This document shows, one piece after another, positions 16,384-24,855 of a stretch of 32,000 bases of DNA. The position numbers and the translations under genes were made by a program. Source of the DNA: Micrococcus luteus NCTC 2665 (GTDB lineage Bacteria; Actinomycetota; Actinomycetes; Actinomycetales; Micrococcaceae); contig NC_012803.1 of NCBI RefSeq assembly GCF_000023205.1, forward strand, positions 1,020,001-1,052,000. Reading direction: 5' to 3'. Position 1 is the stretch's first letter; every line of letters begins with the position of its first letter. The notes beneath the pieces were generated by a model. That model did not search any database. It was given only the letters and a program-made list of their open reading frames with translations, and was not told where the DNA came from.

Positions 16384-16791
16384 ATGTTCCACCCCTGGCG
16401 GGCGCTGCGCACGCTGACGCACGTCGTCGTGGTCTGGGCCCGCCCACACCCGACGGCGCCAGCCGCGACCGATGGCGCGACGGTGATCTGGCTCGACCCC
16501 CGCATGACGCAGGCCGAGCGGCGGTGCGCGCTCACCCACGAGCTCGTGCACCTCGAGCACGGCCACCGCGGCTGCCAGCCGCCGGCCGTCGAGCACGCCG
16601 TACGCGCGGCCGCGGCCCGGCAGCTGATTACGCTCGAGCAGCTCGCCGACGCCCTGCCTTGGTCCATGAGCCTGGACGAGCTCGCCGACGAACTGTGGGT
16701 GACCCCGCTCGTGCTTACCGACCGACTGGCCGGCCTCACCCGGACCGAGCGGGAGCATCTCGCCGCGTTGGCCACCGAGCACTCTGCCTGA
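16384..16791 (+). CDS. ImmA/IrrE-family (DUF955-like) zinc metallopeptidase
   Basis: ERRCALTHELVHLEHGH is an HExxH motif in the context typical of ImmA/IrrE anti-repressor peptidases. The protein is 135 aa. Confidence 0.6.
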   Translation: MFHPWRALRTLTHVVVVWARPHPTAPAATDGATVIWLDPRMTQAERRCALTHELVHLEHGHRGCQPPAVEHAVRAAAARQLITLEQLADALPWSMSLDELADELWVTPLVLTDRLAGLTRTEREHLAALATEHSA

Positions 16792-16871
16792 GCGCCTGCT
16801 AGGCGGGGGCCATCGGCTAGGTCAGAATCAAGGCAACGCGCCGCGCAGGGCGCACCACCAAGGAGGGCGAC

Positions 16872-17447
16872 ATGGCGAAGACGACCAAGTACACGGCGGA
16901 AGTGTCAGAGGGGCGAGACGAGCTGCTCGACGGCAAGACGATCGCACGCCTACGCACCATCGCAGTGAAGAACCAGCGCGGCGAGACCGTACGGGAGCTC
17001 AAGGCCGCGGACAACGACGAGGACGTGCGCGCGAAGCTGCGCGCCGCGGGCTACACCCTCAAGGACTGGGCCGGCGGCACTACGCCCGCCACCCTGGAGC
17101 GTGGGCGCAACCCGCTCGTCGCGGGCTGCCTCTGGCCCCTCGTGGCCGTGATGGCACTGCTCGCGTGGGCAATCTTCTCTGCCTTCAACAACGCCAGCCC
17201 TGACGAGCCGGAGGAGTGGGACGCGAAGATTGCCTGCCAGACCCTCGTCAAGGAGAAGCTGCGCGCCCCCAGCACCGCCAAGTTCTCCCGCGAGACGGCA
17301 TCCGGGGGGCCGAAGGCATGGACAGTGACCGGAGCGGTCGAAGCGGAGAACGCGTTGGGCGGCACGGTTGGGCACCGGTACTCCTGCTCGGTGACCTTTA
17401 CCGGCGACGACGAGTACCGCGGAACGGCCACCATCACGGACCGCTGA
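16872..17447 (+). CDS. hypothetical single-pass membrane protein
   Basis: AAGGAGG RBS upstream. A charged N-terminal domain of about 85 aa is followed by a TM helix LVAGCLWPLVAVMALLAWAIFSAF. An extracytoplasmic domain of about 85 aa follows (CQTLVKEKLRAPSTAKFSRE...YSCSVTF). I recognised no family. Confidence 0.6.
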   Translation: MAKTTKYTAEVSEGRDELLDGKTIARLRTIAVKNQRGETVRELKAADNDEDVRAKLRAAGYTLKDWAGGTTPATLERGRNPLVAGCLWPLVAVMALLAWAIFSAFNNASPDEPEEWDAKIACQTLVKEKLRAPSTAKFSRETASGGPKAWTVTGAVEAENALGGTVGHRYSCSVTFTGDDEYRGTATITDR

Positions 17448-17487
17448 TCCCACGTACTACGTCCACCCCCGGGCGTACCGTCCCGAC

Positions 17488-17760
17488 ATGACCACCACCA
17501 CCCAGGCGCCCGCGTGCGCCGGCCACCTGTCCGTTCGTGACCACATGGCGCTGCAGCTGTGGGGGCGGCGGTGGCGGCACGGGGCCGCGCGTGACCGGGC
17601 CGCTGAGCATCTGGTCGGGTTGCAGGGCACGGCGCTGGCGATGCGCGTGGCCACGCTCGCCGAGGACCCGGTGGCGATCGCCGCCTACCCGGTGATCACG
17701 CGGCGGGCCCGGGAGGCTCGGCAGACCCGCGAGCGCGCGGTACGGGTGCCAGCTGCTTAA
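17488..17760 (+). CDS. hypothetical protein, DUF3263-like
   Basis: LSVRDHMALQLWGRRWRHGAARDRAAEHLVGLQGTALAMRVATLAEDPVAIAAYPVITRRAREAR resembles the actinobacterial DUF3263 pattern from memory (LS.RD..IL.FE..WW....K...I....GLS..RYYQ.L..L.D...A...DP.L..RL.R.R). No clear RBS is visible. Confidence 0.4.
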   Translation: MTTTTQAPACAGHLSVRDHMALQLWGRRWRHGAARDRAAEHLVGLQGTALAMRVATLAEDPVAIAAYPVITRRAREARQTRERAVRVPAA

Positions 17761-17807
17761 CGTGTCCGCCCCCTCGGGGAGCGTGGAGGCCGCGAAGGGA
17801 AGCGCAA

Positions 17808-17846
17808 GAGAGGCCCCGTCCAGCAGCCAGCTGGACGGGGCCTCTC
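17808..17846. terminator. 17-bp perfect stem-loop between the convergent DUF3263-like and integrase genes
   Basis: gagaggccccgtccagc agcca gctggacggggcctctc. It ends 14 nt from the integrase stop codon. Confidence 0.6.
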
Positions 17847-17859
17847 GCTGCGCCAGGGG

Positions 17860-19050
17860 TCAGGCGCCGGGGGGAGGCTCCCAGCCGATCGCGTCGACCG
17901 CGGCACGCTGGGCGTCCAGCAGCAGGTGCGCGTACACGCGGGAGGTGGTCTGCAGCGACTCGTGACCGAGGCGGTGCTGGACGACCTGTGCGGGGACCCC
18001 ATCCATGAGGGCCCACGAGGCGAACGTGTGCCGCAGGCTGTGCGGGGTCAGGTGCTTGGCGATCCCGGCGGCCGCGAGCGCCGGCTTCCAGTGGCGCTCG
18101 ACGAAGTTCGTGCGGTGGATGACGCCGCCGCCGGGGGCGGTCAGGAGGAACTCGTCGGCGGCACGGCCGGCGGCCAATGGCTCGAGTGTTTCGACGGCCC
18201 AGTCGGGGAGCATGATCGTGCGGCGGCCGCGGGCGGTCTTGGGGACGCCGAGGACGGCGCCCTCCTTGCCCTTCTTCCAGGCGCGGCGCACGTGGATGAC
18301 GCTGGCTGCGACGTCGAGGTCGCGGACCTGCAGGGCGGTGGCCTCGCCCCAGCGGGCGCCGGTGACGAGCAGGACGATCAGCAGCGGCTGGTACGACTCG
18401 GATATGGCTGCGTAGAAGCGCGCCCACTCGGCTCGGCTGAAGATGCCGCGCTCCTCCTCGACGTCGTCGTCGGGCAGGTCGGCGCCGCGCGCGGGGTTGG
18501 CTGGCAGGATGCCCTCCTGGACGGCGAGGCCGAGGACCGCGGAGAGCAGGGCGTGCGCGTTGCGGACCGTCTTCGGAGACACCGTGGCCAGCGGCGGCTC
18601 GGGCCGCGGGGGAGTGGCGGCCGCGGCGCGGGCGGCGGCCGCGCGCCAGCGGGCCGTGGGCTGCTGCAGCTGCCACCGGATCCACTCGGCCACCGTGCGG
18701 CGGTCGATCATGTCCACGGGCAGCTCGCCGAGGCGGGGCAGGAACGTGCGCGCGGCCTCTGCCTCGTACCCGGCCAGGGTGCCCGGGGTGCAGCGGAGCC
18801 CGCGGTGCTCGATGTACCGCGGGAAGAACTCGGCGAGCGTGGGCATGCCCGGGGCACTGTCCACCTGGGCCTCGAGGATCCGGCGGGCCACCGTGGGCCC
18901 CTGCCGCGGGTCCTCCACGATCGCCTTGACGCGCTGGGCGCCGGCCTCGCGGGCGAGGGCCGGCAGCCACTGGAACCGGCCGGCCTCGTAGAAGCCGACC
19001 CGGTACGTGGTCCGGCCGGCCTTGTTCGTGCGCGTCTGGATGGTAGCCAA
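17860..19050 (-). CDS. tyrosine-type site-specific integrase
   Basis: The catalytic R...HxxR...H..Y set is present: GARWGEATALQVRDLD, LTPHSLRHTFASWAL and RLGHESLQTTSRVYAHLL. The N-terminus (M)ATIQTRTNKAGRTTYRVGFY is typical of an Arm/SAM-like domain. I prefer TTG at 19050, preceded by AGGAGAG, over the track start at 19104. Confidence 0.9.
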   Translation of the reverse strand: MATIQTRTNKAGRTTYRVGFYEAGRFQWLPALAREAGAQRVKAIVEDPRQGPTVARRILEAQVDSAPGMPTLAEFFPRYIEHRGLRCTPGTLAGYEAEAARTFLPRLGELPVDMIDRRTVAEWIRWQLQQPTARWRAAAARAAAATPPRPEPPLATVSPKTVRNAHALLSAVLGLAVQEGILPANPARGADLPDDDVEEERGIFSRAEWARFYAAISESYQPLLIVLLVTGARWGEATALQVRDLDVAASVIHVRRAWKKGKEGAVLGVPKTARGRRTIMLPDWAVETLEPLAAGRAADEFLLTAPGGGVIHRTNFVERHWKPALAAAGIAKHLTPHSLRHTFASWALMDGVPAQVVQHRLGHESLQTTSRVYAHLLLDAQRAAVDAIGWEPPPGA

Positions 19051-19131
19051 CGCATCTCTCCTGGTGCTCTCCGATGATGTGCGTACCCCGTGGGGACCGA
19101 GCACTACCCAACAGCACTACCAAGACGAGAT

Positions 19132-19165
19132 AAGGCCCGGAATCATCCGCATGATTCCGGGCCTT
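19132..19165 (-). terminator. 15-bp perfect hairpin immediately downstream of tRNA-His
   Basis: aaggcccggaatcat ccgc atgattccgggcctt. On the minus strand it is followed by a T-containing tract, ttatctcgtctt. It lies between the tRNA 3-prime end and the integrase start. Confidence 0.55.
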
Positions 19166-19169
19166 ACGG

Positions 19170-19246
19170 TGGGGTGAGCGACGGGGATTGAACCCGCGAC
19201 CTTCTGGACCACAACCAGACGCTCTGCCGACTGAGCTACGCCCACC
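19170..19246 (-). tRNA. tRNA-His (GTG anticodon), CCA encoded, extra 5-prime G(-1)
   Basis: Reverse complement is GGTGGGCGTAGCTCAGTCGGCAGAGCGTCTGGTTGTGGTCCAGAAGGTCGCGGGTTCAATCCCCGTCGCTCACCCCA. The cloverleaf folds by hand. The anticodon loop is TTGTGGT. G-1 opposite discriminator C is the His identity element. Confidence 0.92.
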
Positions 19247-19340
19247 ATGCCTGCTTCACACGGACGGATCCGCGCGGCGCAGCGGGGTCCACAGTACACG
19301 AGATCCCGCGCAGCGCCGAATCGAGGCCGGGGGTGCCGGC

Positions 19341-19967
19341 TCAGGCCTGCGCCCCGGACACCACCTCCGCGATGGCGCGGGCCTCCTCCGTGGTGGGGCC
19401 GGGGGCGGGGGCCATGACGGCGGCCCGGTAGTAGCGCAGCTCGGTGATGGAATCCTTGATGTCCCCGAGGGCGCGGTGGCCGCCGGTCTTGGCGGGGGCC
19501 TGGTAGTAGGCGCGCGGGTACCAGCGGCGGGCCAGCTCCTTCACGGTGGACACGTCCACGATCCGGTAGTGCAGGTGGTCGACGACGGCGGGCATGTAGC
19601 GGGCGAGGAACAGCTTGTCCTGGCCCACCGTGTTGCCGGCCAGCAGGCCCTTGCCGGCGGGCACGCGGGCGGCGATGTACTCGAGGACGCGCGCGGCGGC
19701 GTCGTCGAGCTCGAGGCCCTCCGCCAGCTCCGGCAGCAGGCCGGAGGTGGTGTGCATGTCCCGGACGAACGGGTCCATCTGCTCGAAGGCCGCCGCGGAG
19801 GGACGGATCACCAGGTCGATGCCCTCGTCCAGGATGTTCAGCTCGGCGTCCGTGATGAGCACCGCCACCTCGACGAGCTCGTCGACCTGGGGGTGCAGGC
19901 CGGTCATCTCGCAGTCGATCCAGACCAGGGGGGCGCTCTCCGGCGTGGGGATGCTCGTCTCGCTCAT
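19341..19967 (-). CDS. orn: oligoribonuclease
   Basis: [25 protein letters not shown] and [20 protein letters not shown] are DEDDh exonuclease motifs in the Orn arrangement. The orn-tRNA-His linkage is common in Actinobacteria. Confidence 0.9.
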   Translation of the reverse strand: MSETSIPTPESAPLVWIDCEMTGLHPQVDELVEVAVLITDAELNILDEGIDLVIRPSAAAFEQMDPFVRDMHTTSGLLPELAEGLELDDAAARVLEYIAARVPAGKGLLAGNTVGQDKLFLARYMPAVVDHLHYRIVDVSTVKELARRWYPRAYYQAPAKTGGHRALGDIKDSITELRYYRAAVMAPAPGPTTEEARAIAEVVSGAQA

Positions 19968-20057
19968 GCCCCCAGGCTACTCGCGTGTCACGATGGTAGA
20001 TTCGAGCGAGCCGCGCCCTCGCGCGCCCTCGCAGGACCGCACGGAAGGACCCGTCGC

Positions 20058-21713
20058 ATGAGCGTGTCGACCCCGCGTCCGTCCGGGTCCACGGCCCACC
20101 GGCCGGAGTACGTCGGCGTCGGTGGCCTCCGCGCGGACCCCCAGGTCGCCGGCGCGGACTGGTGGCCCATCCTGGTGGGGACCCTCGGCTCCCTCCTCCT
20201 GGTGGTGGGCTCGTACTCCGTCGGCTGGCTGGCCTCGGCCTCCCCGATCAACCGCTGGCAGTGGCTGATTCCGTGGCGCACCCAGGAGGGCGGCGTGCTC
20301 GCCGGCACGGTGCTCCTCACCCTCGGCTGCTGGGTGATGTTCTGGGCCTGGCTGCGGCTGGGCCAGACGATCCGCCCCTTCGGTCGCGGCGCCCTGCGCA
20401 CGGTCAACCTCGCCACCGTCCTGTGGTGCCTGCCCCAGGTCGTGGCCCTGCCGATCTTCAGCCGGGACATCTTCGCCTACGTGGGACAGGGCCGTCTCAT
20501 GGAGGCGGGGCAGGACCCCTACGTGGACACGATCTCCTCGCTGTCCAACTGGTTCCAGCTCGGAGCGGACGCGACCTGGGCGGACTCCGAGACCCCGTAC
20601 GGTCCGATCTTCCTGTGGATCGAGCAGGCCGTCGTCGCGATCTCGGGGGACACGAACCCGGACCTGGCGATCTTCCTGTTCCGCCTGGTGGCGGTGGCCG
20701 GCGTCGCGCTGATCATGGTCTTCGTGCCGCTGCTCGCCCGCCGGCTGGGCGTCAACGATGCGTGGGCGCAGTGGATCAGCGCCGCCAACCCGCTCTTCAC
20801 CATCAGCTTCGTCGCGTCCGGGCACAACGACGCCCTCATGGTCGGCCTCGCCCTGGCCGGCACGTGGTGCGCGCTGCGCGCCGGACATCCGCTCCGCCCC
20901 CAGCGGCCCGGGCAGTCCATCGCGTGGGGGGTGGCCGGCGTCGTGCTGGTCACCCTGTCCCTGGGCATCAAGCCCATCACCCTCGTGCTGCTCCCGTTCA
21001 TCGGCCTGCTGTGGGCCGGCCCGACGGCCCGATGGCCGCGCCGGTTCGCCTTCTGGGCCCTCACCGCCGGGATCTCCTTCGGCCTCATGGCCCTGGTGGG
21101 CGTGCTCAACGGCTTCGGCTTCGGCTGGGTGGCCGTCATGGTCGGCACGGGCACGGGCACCGTGCCGTGGGGGCCGATCGGCATGCTGTCCCTCATCACG
21201 GTGGGGGCGAGCGAGCTCCTCGGACAGGGGGCGGACGTGCAGGCCGTCGAGGGCGTGTACAAGACCGCCGGACGCGCGCTCTCGGTGCTCATCGTGCTGG
21301 CCCTGATGTTCCTCGGCCGCCAGGACCGCGTGATGACGCGCATGACCTGGGCGTTCACCGCGCTGGTGATCCTCTCGCCCATCATCCAGCCCTGGTACCT
21401 GCTGTGGCTGCTGCCGTTCTTCGCCGTGATCGGCATCCGGGACAACTGGCAGATCAAGTGGGTCGTGTTCACGGTCGGCTACTTCCTGGCGTTCGGCGCG
21501 TCGGACCAGCTCTTCACCTGGCAGTTCTTGGACATCGCGGACCAGGTCAAGGCTGTGTCCCTGATCGTCTCCGCCGTGTGTCTGCTGTGGATCCTCGTCG
21601 TGGACCGCCGCACCAGCCGGTTCGTGAAGGACCACTGGCACGTGCGCCCCGCCGTGCGCGCCGGCCTGGCCCGGCTCCGTGGCGCCCCTCGACCCGTGGA
21701 GCCGGGGGAGTGA
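20058..21713 (+). CDS. GT-C polyprenol-phosphate-mannose-dependent mannosyltransferase, MptA/MptB-like (paralog 1)
   Basis: In-frame ATG at 20058 (GGAAGGA upstream) within track ORF 19188..21713. The protein is multi-TM. Family motifs seen: FSRDIFAYVGQGRLMEAGQDPY, ETPYGPIFL, NPLF and GHNDALM. Confidence 0.7.
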   Translation: MSVSTPRPSGSTAHRPEYVGVGGLRADPQVAGADWWPILVGTLGSLLLVVGSYSVGWLASASPINRWQWLIPWRTQEGGVLAGTVLLTLGCWVMFWAWLRLGQTIRPFGRGALRTVNLATVLWCLPQVVALPIFSRDIFAYVGQGRLMEAGQDPYVDTISSLSNWFQLGADATWADSETPYGPIFLWIEQAVVAISGDTNPDLAIFLFRLVAVAGVALIMVFVPLLARRLGVNDAWAQWISAANPLFTISFVASGHNDALMVGLALAGTWCALRAGHPLRPQRPGQSIAWGVAGVVLVTLSLGIKPITLVLLPFIGLLWAGPTARWPRRFAFWALTAGISFGLMALVGVLNGFGFGWVAVMVGTGTGTVPWGPIGMLSLITVGASELLGQGADVQAVEGVYKTAGRALSVLIVLALMFLGRQDRVMTRMTWAFTALVILSPIIQPWYLLWLLPFFAVIGIRDNWQIKWVVFTVGYFLAFGASDQLFTWQFLDIADQVKAVSLIVSAVCLLWILVVDRRTSRFVKDHWHVRPAVRAGLARLRGAPRPVEPGE

Positions 21714-23437
21714 GGCCCGCCGCCCCCGCGACGACCGGCGCCCGACGGCCCCGTCCGAGCCGCGTGGCGGCGCAGCCCGAGCCGGAGGCGGCCGTCCGCC
21801 GGGGCACGTGGGCGTCCGTGCTCATCACGGCGGGCTCCTGGGGTGTGGGGTGGCTGCCGATGACGCCCGACTCGGTGTTCTCCGGCACCACCCTGCTCAA
21901 CCCGCTGCGGGTCTACCTGCCCGGCGTGCTGCTCAGCACCGTGCTGCTGGCCGCCGGCTCGCTGCTCCTCGTCCGATCCTGGCTCGAGCTGGGCCGCGCG
22001 CTGCGGGGCCGCTGGGAGGAGCACGGCCGGCTGGTGGCCCGGGCCGCCTGGTGGTGGTCCGCCCCGCTGATGCTCGCGCTGCCGATCTTCTCCCGCGATG
22101 TGTTCTCCTACCTCCAGCAGGGCCGGCTCCTCGCGTCGGGTCTCGACCCGTACTCCCAGGGCGTGTCCGCTCTGCCCGGCTGGTTCATGCAGGGGGCGGA
22201 CTCCATCTGGGCCGAGTCCCCGTCCCCCTACGGGCCGCTGTTCCTGCTGTTCGCCGAGACGACGTGGCGGGCCACGGGCGGCACCATCGAACTGTCCGTC
22301 ACGGCGTTCCGCCTCCTCGCCCTGGCGGGCCTGGCACTGTGCCTGTGGGCGGTGCCGCGGCTGGCCGCCGTCGCGGGCCGCTGCGGGCCGTGGGCCACGT
22401 GGGTGGCCGTGGCGAACCCGTTGTTCCTGCTCTACATGATCGCCGGCGCGCACAACGACGCGCTGATGTCGGGGCTGATGCTCGCGGGCATCCTGCTCTT
22501 GGTCCGCCCGCCCCGCCGCCGCGTGCATGCGCTATGGGGGATCGTGCTGATCGCCCTGTCCGTCGCGATCAAGCCCCTGACGGCCCTCGTGCTGCCCTTC
22601 GTGGCCCTTCTCCTGCCCACCGGCTGGGCCCGGTTCCGCGCGGCTGATCCGCGCCTGCGCCGGCGGGACCGGCTCGGCCCGTGGTTCACGACGGCGGTGA
22701 TCTCCCTGGCCGTCCTCACGATCCTCGGCGCCGGCTCCGGCCTCTGGTTCGGCTGGGTCCCGGCTATGCTCACGAGCGGGGACGCGGCGTTCCCGTATGC
22801 CCCCGTGGGCCTGCTCGGTCTGCTGCTCGGCGCGGTCGTCGAGGCCGTGACGCCCCTGGGGGCGCGCGACGTGGCCGCGGCCTTCTACACCGTGATGACG
22901 GTGTCGGCCCTCGGCTTCACGGCGTGGCTGGCCCTGCGCCGCCGGCCCCTGGACCCGGTGTTCAGCGCGGCGGCCGTGCTCGTGGTGGCCGTCGCCACCG
23001 CCCCGATCATCCAGCCGTGGTACCTGCTCTGGGTCCTGCCGCTGCTGGCGTGCGCCCTCCGCCCGCTGCCGTGGGGCGCCGACCATCCCCGCTGGCTCGG
23101 GTGGGTCACCGCGCTCGCGGTGCTGCTGCTCACCGGCGTCGGCGTGGTGGACCAGCTCTCCGTGGCACAGTGGCTGCCCGTCCTGGCCGTCCGCGTGTTC
23201 ACCCTCGTCCTGATGCTCGCGGGGATCGGATGGATCATCCACCGCGATCCCGTCACCGCGCCCCTGTTCCCCGGGCGGCGGCGTCCTCCCCTGGAGGTGG
23301 TCGAGCCGCGGGCCGAGGCGGCGTCGTCGACGCCTCCGGAGGCGGGCGTGCCGCCGGACGCACCGCCCGACGGGCCGCCGTCGACCGCCGCGCACCCCGC
23401 CTCCTCGTCCACCCGCATCCCCCAGGAGAGACCGTGA
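21710..23437 (+). CDS. GT-C mannosyltransferase, MptA/MptB-like (paralog 2, tandem duplicate)
   Basis: The same motif set occurs in the same order as in paralog 1: FSRDVFSYLQQGRLLASGLDPY, SPSPYGPLFL, NPLFLL and GAHNDALM. GTG at 21710 overlaps the upstream stop as GTGA; later in-frame GTGs are possible. The C-terminal tail is Pro/Ala-rich. Confidence 0.65.
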   Translation: MRPAAPATTGARRPRPSRVAAQPEPEAAVRRGTWASVLITAGSWGVGWLPMTPDSVFSGTTLLNPLRVYLPGVLLSTVLLAAGSLLLVRSWLELGRALRGRWEEHGRLVARAAWWWSAPLMLALPIFSRDVFSYLQQGRLLASGLDPYSQGVSALPGWFMQGADSIWAESPSPYGPLFLLFAETTWRATGGTIELSVTAFRLLALAGLALCLWAVPRLAAVAGRCGPWATWVAVANPLFLLYMIAGAHNDALMSGLMLAGILLLVRPPRRRVHALWGIVLIALSVAIKPLTALVLPFVALLLPTGWARFRAADPRLRRRDRLGPWFTTAVISLAVLTILGAGSGLWFGWVPAMLTSGDAAFPYAPVGLLGLLLGAVVEAVTPLGARDVAAAFYTVMTVSALGFTAWLALRRRPLDPVFSAAAVLVVAVATAPIIQPWYLLWVLPLLACALRPLPWGADHPRWLGWVTALAVLLLTGVGVVDQLSVAQWLPVLAVRVFTLVLMLAGIGWIIHRDPVTAPLFPGRRRPPLEVVEPRAEAASSTPPEAGVPPDAPPDGPPSTAAHPASSSTRIPQERP

Positions 23438-24819
23438 CCTCCCACCCCCGCAGTCCCGCCCCGACCCGCCCGAGCGCCCGCTGGGTCGGCCTGCTCGTCG
23501 GCCTGACCGTGGTGGCCGCCGCCGTCGGCGTGCTGACCAAGCAGTGGTGCCGCGTGAACGGCTGGGCGGCCCCCGGCGTGCACGCGCACATGTGCTACTC
23601 GGACTTCGCCCAGCTGTTCCCCACGCGTGGCCTCTCCGACGGCCACTTCCCCTTCTACACGCCGCTGCCACCCGAGCAGTGGATGGAGTACCCGGCGTTG
23701 CTGGCCGTGGTCGCGGGCGTGACCATGTGGTTCGTGCCCGCCTCCGGCGACCTGCACGAGCGCACCGTGACCTACTTCGACGTCAACGCGATCGGCGTGG
23801 TGCTCTGCTGGATCGTGCTGGTCGTCGCGACCGCGTACACCGCGCGAGGCCGCTCCCGGGACGCCCTCCTCGTGGCCCTGGCCCCGGGGATCATCCTCAC
23901 CTCGATGCTCAACTGGGACCTGTGGGCCGTGATGCTGGCCGCCCTGGCCCTGTGGGCGTGGACGGCGGGCCGTCCGACCCTCGCCGGCCTGCTCATCGGA
24001 CTCGGCACCGCCACGAAGCTGTACCCGCTGTTCTTCTTCGGCGCGATCTTCGTGCTGGCGCTGCGCACGGGCCGCTGGGCCGGGTTCGTGAAGGCGGCCG
24101 TGGCCGGGGCGGCGGCCTGGCTCGCCGTGAACCTCCCGTTCATGCTGACGGCGTTCGACCAGTGGTCCCGCTTCTACACGTTCTCGGGGGACCGCGCGGT
24201 CTCCTTCTCCTCGACCTGGCTGGCGCTGGCCTGGACGGGATGGTCCGGGGAGACGTTCACGACGCTCCAGAACGGCCTGTTCCTGGTGTGCTGCGCGGGG
24301 ATCGCCTATCTCGCCCTCGCGGCGCGGCACCGTCCGCGCATGGCCCAGCTGTGCTTCCTGATCGTGGCGTCCTTCATCCTGTGGGGGAAGGTGTACTCGC
24401 CGCAGTTCGTGATGTGGCTGATCCCGCTCGTGGTCCTCGCGACGCCGCGGTGGCGCGCGTTCTGGATCTGGCAGGCCGTGGAGGTCTACCACTGGGGCGG
24501 GGTGTGGATGGAGTCGGCCCGCATCACCTCGGACGGGGCGTTCGCCGGCGGCGCCTGGTGGATCACCGCCTGGTACGCCTCGGGGATCGTGGCGCACATC
24601 GTCGCCCTCGTGTGGCTCATGACCACGGTGGTCAAGGACGTCCTGGACCCCGCCCGTGACCCGGTGCGCCGCACCGCCCTCGACCAGGGCGCCCCCGAGA
24701 TCGCCCCGGGGGTGGCGGAGGACCCACACGCCGGCGTCTTCACCGGTGCACCTGACCGACTGCTCCTGCCCCCGGCCGGACGCGGCCTGCAGCCGCTCGG
24801 CGGGTCCGCGGACCGCTGA
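23434..24819 (+). CDS. GT-C fold membrane glycosyltransferase (GT87/DUF2029-like, PimE-like)
   Basis: GTG at 23434 (CAGGAGAG upstream) overlaps the upstream stop as GTGA. The protein is polytopic and carries GLGTATKLYPLFFF, which is typical of GT87/DUF2029 proteins. Confidence 0.55.
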   Translation: MTSHPRSPAPTRPSARWVGLLVGLTVVAAAVGVLTKQWCRVNGWAAPGVHAHMCYSDFAQLFPTRGLSDGHFPFYTPLPPEQWMEYPALLAVVAGVTMWFVPASGDLHERTVTYFDVNAIGVVLCWIVLVVATAYTARGRSRDALLVALAPGIILTSMLNWDLWAVMLAALALWAWTAGRPTLAGLLIGLGTATKLYPLFFFGAIFVLALRTGRWAGFVKAAVAGAAAWLAVNLPFMLTAFDQWSRFYTFSGDRAVSFSSTWLALAWTGWSGETFTTLQNGLFLVCCAGIAYLALAARHRPRMAQLCFLIVASFILWGKVYSPQFVMWLIPLVVLATPRWRAFWIWQAVEVYHWGGVWMESARITSDGAFAGGAWWITAWYASGIVAHIVALVWLMTTVVKDVLDPARDPVRRTALDQGAPEIAPGVAEDPHAGVFTGAPDRLLLPPAGRGLQPLGGSADR

Positions 24820-24855
24820 CGGCGGGGCGGGTCCGCCGACGCCGTGGGGCGCGGC

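Larger units (their letters stand above)
13580..19169. mobile_element. small integrative genomic island at the 3-prime end of tRNA-His (integrase plus accessory cargo)
   Basis: A tyrosine integrase gene starts about 66-120 nt from the tRNA-His 3-prime end. Codon usage is visibly relaxed compared with the flanks (gtt, gct, cct, tat, gat, ctt, cga, agg and cat codons are common). A broken MFS gene sits at the distal end. The cargo is phage-like (Gp37/Gp68, ImmA, XRE-type HTH). I could not identify att direct repeats by eye, so both boundaries are approximate. Confidence 0.65.

Noticed and set aside
17696-19123. 475-aa minus-strand ORF overlapping the integrase
   Set aside because: It is an alternative frame of the same strand. 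Its product is Pro/Arg/Gly-rich, whereas the 17860..19104 frame carries the R-HxxR-Y integrase catalytic motifs.
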